NCBI GenBank assembly: GCA_902618015.1
Contig: CACMYX010000001.1
Location: 252,028 to 316,027, forward strand
Direction: 5' to 3'
Length of the DNA: 64,000 nucleotides
DNA from: an uncultured Alphaproteobacteria bacterium
GTDB taxonomy: Bacteria; Pseudomonadota; Alphaproteobacteria; HIMB59; GCA-002718135
The stretch's first letter is position 1. Each line of letters begins with the position of its first letter. The notes below the pieces were generated by a model. That model made no database searches. It saw only the letters and a program-made list of their open reading frames with translations, and was not told where the DNA came from. Below are positions 56,150 to 62,519 of this stretch, piece after piece. The position numbers and the translations under genes are program-made.

Positions 56150-56889
56150 AAAATTTTTCCTTTTTTAAAGATTTCATTAATAATTTTGTAGTCTCTTGGA
56201 TTATCAACACAAAACCATTTTTTTTTATGAATAAAAGTAACTACTTGTTTTTTCTTTACTAGTTTTTTAATTGGTTTTTGTTCAAAAGTACAATCTTTAT
56301 TATTATCTAAATAACTAAATATTTTTTGGTTACAAACAAAAAATCCTCCTGATATCCAACCTTCATCAGTTTGTAACTTTTCATTAAATTTTCTTACATA
56401 ATGTTTATCGTCAAACTGAATATGACCAAACCTAGCTGGAGGTTTAACAGATGTAATAGTGAGCAGCTTTTTTTTCTTAATATGATAATTTTTTAATTCA
56501 TTCATATTTATATTAGATAATCCATCTCCATAAGTAAGAAAAAAATTCTCATTTTTTTTAATATACTTTTCCAAAGATTTTAGTCTAAATCCAGTATTAG
56601 AATGTTTCCCAGAATTAATAATCTTAATATTTAGTTTTCTAATTAGTATTTTAGTTTTGCTATCAATATTTGGATTTCTAAATTTATTTATATTATTAAA
56701 ATAATTTCTGATTTTGTCTATTTTATAACCAGCTAGTAAATAAAATTCTGTATAACCAAAACTTGCGTAATGTAAAATTATATGTAAGAGAATTGGCATT
56801 GGTCCAATTTTTAACATGGGCTTCGGAAGATCTGTATTGATAGAACTAATTCTTTCTCCTAATCCGCCACAAAAAATTACAACTTTCAT
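56134..56889 (-). CDS. rfbF: glucose-1-phosphate cytidylyltransferase
   Basis: MKVVIFCGGLGERIS...KPMLKIGPMPIL.HI matches the RfbF N-terminus. 251 aa. Confidence 0.85.
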   Translation of the reverse strand: MKVVIFCGGLGERISSINTDLPKPMLKIGPMPILLHIILHYASFGYTEFYLLAGYKIDKIRNYFNNINKFRNPNIDSKTKILIRKLNIKIINSGKHSNTGFRLKSLEKYIKKNENFFLTYGDGLSNINMNELKNYHIKKKKLLTITSVKPPARFGHIQFDDKHYVRKFNEKLQTDEGWISGGFFVCNQKIFSYLDNNKDCTFEQKPIKKLVKKKQVVTFIHKKKWFCVDNPRDYKIINEIFKKGKIFWKLF

Positions 56890-56991
56890 TTAATAGCTCA
56901 GATAATAAATTTAAAATATAAATAAAACTAAAAAACTGTATTGTAAATTCACTTCAAATGGAATTTAAAAATTAAAAATGGGATTTGGTTT

Positions 56992-57042
56992 TGGAGCGGG
57001 CGAAGGGATTCGAACCCTCGACTTCAACCTTGGCAAGGTTGC
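56992..57042 (-). repeat. tRNA-Gly(GCC) 3' fragment, att-like copy 1 (51 nt, anticodon arm to CCA)
   Basis: Read as identical to 58105-58155 and 59618-59668 (tggagcgggcgaagggattcgaaccctcgacttcaaccttggcaaggttgc). Lacks the D-arm and 5' acceptor strand. Confidence 0.9.
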
Positions 57043-57130
57043 CGAGTACGAATTACCTTAACCTTTTCTTAAGTTTTAAATAACATAACTTAATGTTTTG
57101 TAAACCAAGTGTCCCGCTACTGTCCCGCAA

Positions 57131-57187
57131 AGAGAGATGGCTGAGCGGTTGAAAGCACCGGTCTTGAAAACCGGCAATGGGGCAACT
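57131..57187 (+). pseudogene. tRNA-Ser(UGA) 5' fragment (acceptor 5' strand, D-arm, anticodon arm; no T-arm)
   Basis: AGAGAGA-TG-GCTGAGCGGTTGAAAGC-A-CCGGTCTTGAAAACCGG.. closely matches bacterial tRNA-Ser(UGA) through the anticodon arm (to ~57175), after which the similarity ends. Confidence 0.75.
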
Positions 57188-57207
57188 CTTTTTTATCTTA
57201 TATAATT

Positions 57208-58008
57208 TTAATAACCATAGCCCAATGGGGGCATTTTACCGTGGTCCATCATGTATTGAAATGTCTTCATTTGTTTTTGTGTATTTTCAAATTTTTGAAG
57301 TCTTAATTGTTTTTCCATAATTCTATTTTGTTCATTCATTGCGCTAACCATTGCGCTATTATCCACTGTTGTTGTTGATGCACCTTGATTTTCTTGGAGC
57401 ATTAATTGAAGAATACAATTTGACATATCTTCAGTTTCGTTTGCAAAACCAATATTTAAACAAACTTCTCTTTTGGTGTTTATTGAAACCAAAAGTGCTT
57501 CTTGTCTTTTGTCTTGCTCTTCTTTCATTTTAGCAATTCTTTTTTCTTCTTTTATTTTTTTAATATTTGACTCAACTTTTGGACACACTACTTTTCCCTT
57601 GTTATATCCTCTACCACCCCAAAATCCTTCTTTAAATACCTTAATATCGGAATCAAATTTAACTTCAGCGTCCTCACAAATATCTTTTGAGATTGTACTC
57701 ATAAAACTTGATACTGGGCTTTGTGTTTTGTAACTATTATAAAGATAAAATGCTACACTCTTACAGTTATCTTCATTGAAGTAACCACTTGAGTCAAGGT
57801 CAAAACATAACTCTTCGTAAAATGTTGCATTAATTTTATTACTTTGATCAGTAATTGTAATATATTCTGAGACGTATCCCCATCCATCATCATATTTAGT
57901 TTTTACAAATTCAACATTAGAAGTTTTACCACTTTGTGTTGTGTAAGTTGTGGTTGCACAATTAGCTAAAAAAAGAGTCAGTAACAATATGGATATTTTT
58001 TTAACCAT
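57208..58008 (-). CDS. predicted lipoprotein of unknown function
   Basis: Signal peptide ending LFLANC (lipobox-like). Cys-containing N-terminal half and coiled-coil-prone K/E/Q-rich C-terminal half. Confidence 0.6.
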   Translation of the reverse strand: MVKKISILLLTLFLANCATTTYTTQSGKTSNVEFVKTKYDDGWGYVSEYITITDQSNKINATFYEELCFDLDSSGYFNEDNCKSVAFYLYNSYKTQSPVSSFMSTISKDICEDAEVKFDSDIKVFKEGFWGGRGYNKGKVVCPKVESNIKKIKEEKRIAKMKEEQDKRQEALLVSINTKREVCLNIGFANETEDMSNCILQLMLQENQGASTTTVDNSAMVSAMNEQNRIMEKQLRLQKFENTQKQMKTFQYMMDHGKMPPLGYGY

Positions 58009-58104
58009 ACTAATTATTTACCATCTAAAAGAAAAAAAATAAACTTGAACTGTCCCGTAAGTGTCCCACTACTTTTCAAGTTATTTAAATTTTGGGAGAA
58101 TTAC

Positions 58105-58155
58105 TGGAGCGGGCGAAGGGATTCGAACCCTCGACTTCAACCTTGGCAAGGTTGC
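58105..58155 (-). repeat. tRNA-Gly(GCC) 3' fragment, att-like copy 2
   Basis: Same 51-mer. Copies 1 and 2 also share the next 2 nt (cg), which differ from the intact tRNA. Confidence 0.9.
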
Positions 58156-59617
58156 CGTGCACAATTGAGATCGGCCTTTTCTTAGAAAAACTATATCCTA
58201 TTTTATCTCTTAATGAAATATGAGTTGGTGCGTGAGTGCTGCGTAAAGTTGATAGAAAAATAAAAAATTTAATCGATTTACAAAATATTTTTACTTAAGT
58301 TTTGTAAATCTTCTTACTACAATAAGGAAAGTAGAAAATATCAAAATCCATAAAAAAGAAATAGCTATTACATTAAAGTGTATACTGTAAATTTCTGATG
58401 TGTATCCAATCATAGCAGGGCCTAATAGAAAACCTAAGAAGCCTAATGTGATCAAATTAGCTGAAGCTGTATTTACATTTTCAGTGGTCGATTTTAAAGC
58501 TAATCTAACAATTATAGGTACAAAATTGGCTGTAGCAACTCCCAAGATAAATAAACCTACCAAGATAAAATAATAATTACCAATCAAAACAATGATAAGA
58601 TAAATAATAGATCCAAATAAAGGTAAGTAACAACCAATTACTCTTTCATTGAATTTTTCAATCAAAGTAGCACCAAGAAATTTAGATATTGTTTCACCAC
58701 TAAACCAACATACAATTGTTAAACTAGCAATTAAGCTAGTTGTGAATAATTCTTTCTCAAACCACAGTGGTGCCCAATCAACAATAGCGGTTACAGTTGC
58801 AAAAAAAACAAATAAATACAGACTGTAAATTAATAGTTTATTTTCGGGGAATTTAAATTTTTTAGTTGTTTCAATTTCATCATATTGTTTTTTTAATCCA
58901 AGGCTAAAGACAAATATACTCGAAATTAATCCAAAAAAAATAAGTATAAAGAATAACACGTAAGAGTTTAATTCTAAAAATCTATATAATCCTGAACACA
59001 AACCACCACATAAAATACCAAGACTAAAAAAAGCGCTATAATATGTTTGCAGGATTTTATTTGTTTTATTTTCTGCCACACTTGTTACAGCAGTGGCAGT
59101 GGTGTTTATTATACCAAAACCTATTCCCGCAGGAACTGAGGCAAATAAAAAAAAAGTTATACTATTCGAAAAGACAAAGAATATAGGCGTGGAAGAAAAA
59201 ACTACTAAACCTATTACCAAAGAAATTCTTGATCCAAGATTAGGAATAATAAATCTTCCTGATAATTGAGAAAAAAATAATTGAACTAATGAGAAAATCA
59301 TGAACAAGTATCCTAGAGTAGAATTATTCATATGTAATTTCTGAAAAATCCAAGGAATATGAGATAGTGTATTACCCCAAATAAATAGTGGAACAAAAAC
59401 CGCGATCGAGGCAGAGAAAAAACTATTTAAATAAATTTTTTTATCCACTTAATAAGACTATATTTTTCTATAAGATTTTAAATACTGAAAGTTACTAACA
59501 AAACTTGATTACAATTAATATTAATTTTAAATTTAGTTTTAATTAAATTAAAAAAAATTTAATTTGTTTATGATTTGGTAATTATTTGGTGCGTTTAAGT
59601 CTAAATAGCATTTTTCT
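58156..59617 (-). mobile_element. att-bounded single-gene module 2 (integrase-less island cassette)
   Basis: 1,462 bp between att copy 2 and the intact tRNA-Gly. Holds one MFS gene. GGTGCGT-type motifs sit near both ends. Confidence 0.5.
58291..59448 (-). CDS. major facilitator superfamily transporter
   Basis: 385 aa with about 12 TM segments. MFS-like loop G.L.GRF..P.LGSR between TM2 and TM3. Confidence 0.75.
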   Translation of the reverse strand: MDKKIYLNSFFSASIAVFVPLFIWGNTLSHIPWIFQKLHMNNSTLGYLFMIFSLVQLFFSQLSGRFIIPNLGSRISLVIGLVVFSSTPIFFVFSNSITFFLFASVPAGIGFGIINTTATAVTSVAENKTNKILQTYYSAFFSLGILCGGLCSGLYRFLELNSYVLFFILIFFGLISSIFVFSLGLKKQYDEIETTKKFKFPENKLLIYSLYLFVFFATVTAIVDWAPLWFEKELFTTSLIASLTIVCWFSGETISKFLGATLIEKFNERVIGCYLPLFGSIIYLIIVLIGNYYFILVGLFILGVATANFVPIIVRLALKSTTENVNTASANLITLGFLGFLLGPAMIGYTSEIYSIHFNVIAISFLWILIFSTFLIVVRRFTKLK

Positions 59618-59692
59618 TGGAGCGGGCGAAGGGATTCGAACCCTCGACTTCAACCTTGGCAAGGTTGCGCTCTACCCCTGAGCTACGCCCGC
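59618..59692 (-). tRNA. tRNA-Gly (anticodon GCC), CCA encoded
   Basis: The reverse complement GCGGGCG-TA-GCTC-AGGGGTA-GAGC-G-CAACC-TTGCCAA-GGTTG-AAGTC-GAGGG-TTCGAAT-CCCTT-CGCCCGC-T-CCA folds as a canonical cloverleaf. Confidence 0.93.
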
Positions 59693-59746
59693 TTTAATTA
59701 CACAATTACCACTTTGAATTCATAAGTCAATATTTGTGAAAACTAT

Positions 59747-60565
59747 TCATTTAAATCTTTTTCTGTACACAATATCAACAAGCAACATATGAGGAAGAGT
59801 TAGTGCGGCAAGTCCAATAAAAATTACTTTTAATATCGACTCGTATAATGATAAATTTTGAACTAAATAATAGACAATTCCTAAACCGCCAACCCATGAA
59901 ATTACAGTAAAAATTAATGTTGAGTAAATAACAAATTTTTTATTATTTAAGTTTAAATAAATATTTTTAATCAAATGTTTAAGATGCTTATAGGTATGAA
60001 AAAAACAAAAATATATTGCAAAACTAAGAAGTGGATCAAAAAAATAAAAAATAAATAAAAGAAAAAAAATTTCAACCACGCCTTTTCTTAATTTTTTTTC
60101 AAAAACAGATAGGTAAATGAAATATAATATAGATATTAAAGTTAAAGAATATGGGATATAAAAATATTTTTGAAGTAAATAAATTTTATTATTAGTCAGA
60201 TATTCAAATATTAAAAATGATTGATTTTCGTTAAAAAATATTATTCCAAAAATAATAGTCATTCCATAAGTAAAACTTACTGAATATTTGTATTTGTTTA
60301 TCCTAAAATTTGTCCAATCACATAATCCAAAGTGAGCAATAGTCATCATAATAAAAATAAATAAAGCTAAAATTGGAAAATATAACCAAAAAATAATGAC
60401 TATAAAAAACAAAGCTAAGTAATAAAAAAGAAATTGTAAAAATTGAATTCTATTATTGAATCCTACCAATGAAGCAACTGCACCATCAAATGAACCGTGG
60501 GGAAGTCCAATAAAAAAAATTAATAAAAATGAAATGATATTTAAAATTGTAAGATCGGCAATCAT
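59747..60565 (-). CDS. blh: Brp/Blh family beta-carotene 15,15'-dioxygenase
   Basis: Polytopic 272 aa protein with GLPHGSFD near the N-terminus and conserved His in TM helices (AHFG, FHTYKH, PHM). Last gene of the crt operon. Confidence 0.85.
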   Translation of the reverse strand: MIADLTILNIISFLLIFFIGLPHGSFDGAVASLVGFNNRIQFLQFLFYYLALFFIVIIFWLYFPILALFIFIMMTIAHFGLCDWTNFRINKYKYSVSFTYGMTIIFGIIFFNENQSFLIFEYLTNNKIYLLQKYFYIPYSLTLISILYFIYLSVFEKKLRKGVVEIFFLLFIFYFFDPLLSFAIYFCFFHTYKHLKHLIKNIYLNLNNKKFVIYSTLIFTVISWVGGLGIVYYLVQNLSLYESILKVIFIGLAALTLPHMLLVDIVYRKRFK

Positions 60566-60566
60566 C

Positions 60567-61649
60567 TTATTTAAATAATACTTTTATAAATGGTAACTTG
60601 GGCATACTTTTAATAATCTTTAACTTAGTAAATAAATTAGACTCTCCCATCATAAAGCTTTGAAATTCATTTCCATTCAAATTAGAAGCAAGCTTAATAA
60701 AGGATTTTCCATTTTCATTATTATTTTTCAAAAAATTAATAAAAATTTTATCCATCTTTCTTTCTAAAAATTTATGAGTGTTTACATAATTTTTTTTTGA
60801 CTTTTTTAATAATTGAATTTGTTTTATGAGAAACGAGAATGCATAACCAGTTGAAGGTTTGCAAGCACCTCCTCTAATTCCAATATTAAAAATATTGGGA
60901 TTGGATGGTCTTTTTTCTTCTACAAAAAACATTGGTATAATTCCTTTTTCTGTGCTGCTTTCTTCGAATTTACATATGTTTTTTTGACTTAAATATTCAA
61001 TTATTTTCTCTCTGTACCATGAGATTTTAAATATCTCTTTTGAAAATACTGTGGACTCAACAAGAGCCCTGTTATGACTAAATGGTAAAATATAAATAAA
61101 ATGCAAAAGATTTTTTTCTTCAGTAAAATGCATTAAAGTTAGTTTGTTTTCGTTAAATGTGTTGTCTGCTACAGTGATATTAATTCCAAAGAAATGTTGA
61201 ATCAACTCACCTGTTTTTTCTTTAGTAGATCTTGAATCATATATTTTTTCAGCATAATATTCATTTTTGTCAGCGGTAATTATTTTAAAATAATTTTGTT
61301 TAGCAAAATATTGAATAACTTTTTTATTTTTTATTTCTAATTTATTTTTTGTATCTAGACAGTGATTTTTCCACTTTTTAAAACTAACAACACAATAAGG
61401 TCTATCACTACTAGTATGTGTTATATTAATTTTTTTGTCTCCAATTGTCCATTTGTACCATTTTTTTTCAATAATATTTTCGAATGGTTTCATCCAATCA
61501 GTTAGCCAAAATCCAAAAAAATTATCTCTATTATTTATATCTTCATTTTCAAATGCAATAATTTCACTAGAACTATCTCCATAAAGAATTTTATTAACAG
61601 CCAGACCGCTTGGTCCTAAACCAATTATTGCAGCTTTATAAATTTTCAT
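60567..61649 (-). CDS. crtY: lycopene beta-cyclase
   Basis: N-terminal FAD-binding fold IIGLGPSGLA. 360 aa. Position is between crtB and blh. Confidence 0.8.
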   Translation of the reverse strand: MKIYKAAIIGLGPSGLAVNKILYGDSSSEIIAFENEDINNRDNFFGFWLTDWMKPFENIIEKKWYKWTIGDKKINITHTSSDRPYCVVSFKKWKNHCLDTKNKLEIKNKKVIQYFAKQNYFKIITADKNEYYAEKIYDSRSTKEKTGELIQHFFGINITVADNTFNENKLTLMHFTEEKNLLHFIYILPFSHNRALVESTVFSKEIFKISWYREKIIEYLSQKNICKFEESSTEKGIIPMFFVEEKRPSNPNIFNIGIRGGACKPSTGYAFSFLIKQIQLLKKSKKNYVNTHKFLERKMDKIFINFLKNNNENGKSFIKLASNLNGNEFQSFMMGESNLFTKLKIIKSMPKLPFIKVLFK

Positions 61650-62517
61650 TTGGAAGACTGTCTCTTATTTTTTGGTATTGATAATTCCTCAAAGGAATAA
61701 AAATAAAAAGTAAAACGGATTTCATCGTGATTAGAATTTTTTCGAATGAATTTAAGTAGACTCTTTCTCTAAGATATTTTTTTTTATAAGATTTTATCTT
61801 GGTGCCGATACCTCTATAAACATTAGCTGCGATGTATATTCCCAGTCTGCTAGATAAAGGGATATATTTCAAACCAGCAAAACCGTTTTCATAAAACTTG
61901 TCAGATAGACTTATTAAATTATGAATTGCGTTTGATATTCTTTCATCTTTTTCTAAACTAATATCATTTAAATTATTTAAATTTTTTAGTGATATATTGG
62001 GGATCCAATTCGCAGGTATATATATTCTATTCATTTTTGAATCTTCATAAACATCGCGCGCTATGTTGGTTAGCTGCATAGCTATGCCTAAATCGATTGC
62101 AGATTGTGATGCTTTCTCATGTTTTACTCCAATGATTTTAGACATCATTAATCCAACAGTACCAGCTACATGATATGAGTATTTTATTAGCTCTTCTGTA
62201 TTTTGAATTCTAATTTGTCTCTGGTCCAAAATTAACCCCTCAATCAAATCAATGAAAATTGAGTTGTTAATTTTATTTTTTTGTAAAAAAAGATTTACTT
62301 TGTTATTTTTATTATTTCTAATTTCGTTAATTGATTTTTTGAGATAAGTAGTTTTATCTTCAATATTTTTATCAGCAATATCATCAAAATATCTACAGAT
62401 TGAATATAAAATGCCTGCATTTTTTTTTGACGTTTTTGGTAAAAAAAAACTAGCCCAATAAAAGCTTTTACCTTCTTTTCGAAGAACTGTAGTTGGGCTA
62501 AGTTCTAAATCAATCAT
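61636..62517 (-). CDS. crtB: phytoene synthase
   Basis: KSFYWAS.FLP, YxxCRxxDDIAD-type Asp-rich motif (YSICRYFDDIAD) and a second motif NIARDVYED. Confidence 0.9.
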   Translation of the reverse strand: MIDLELSPTTVLRKEGKSFYWASFFLPKTSKKNAGILYSICRYFDDIADKNIEDKTTYLKKSINEIRNNKNNKVNLFLQKNKINNSIFIDLIEGLILDQRQIRIQNTEELIKYSYHVAGTVGLMMSKIIGVKHEKASQSAIDLGIAMQLTNIARDVYEDSKMNRIYIPANWIPNISLKNLNNLNDISLEKDERISNAIHNLISLSDKFYENGFAGLKYIPLSSRLGIYIAANVYRGIGTKIKSYKKKYLRERVYLNSFEKILITMKSVLLFIFIPLRNYQYQKIRDSLPNENL

Positions 62518-62519
62518 TA

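Larger units (their letters stand above)
57043..58104 (-). mobile_element. att-bounded single-gene module 1 (integrase-less island cassette)
   Basis: 1,062 bp between att copies 1 and 2. Holds one lipoprotein gene and a tRNA-Ser fragment. GTCCC-motif pairs sit near both ends. Confidence 0.5.

Noticed and set aside
57351-57733. Plus-strand ORFs 57351-57533 and 57473-57733 in module 1
   Set aside because: They are antisense to the longer lipoprotein ORF, which has a proper signal peptide. There is no RBS and the translations are low-complexity.
56992-58155. The two 51-nt tRNA-Gly pieces as additional functional tRNA genes
   Set aside because: Both lack the D-arm and the 5' acceptor strand. 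The adjoining sequence cannot pair with the 3' acceptor strand, so they are att-type fragments.
45755-59617. Prophage or conventional integrative element
   Set aside because: No integrase, excisionase, terminase, capsid, tail, replication or transposase-like ORF is present on either strand. The content is glycan biosynthesis plus two single cargo genes.
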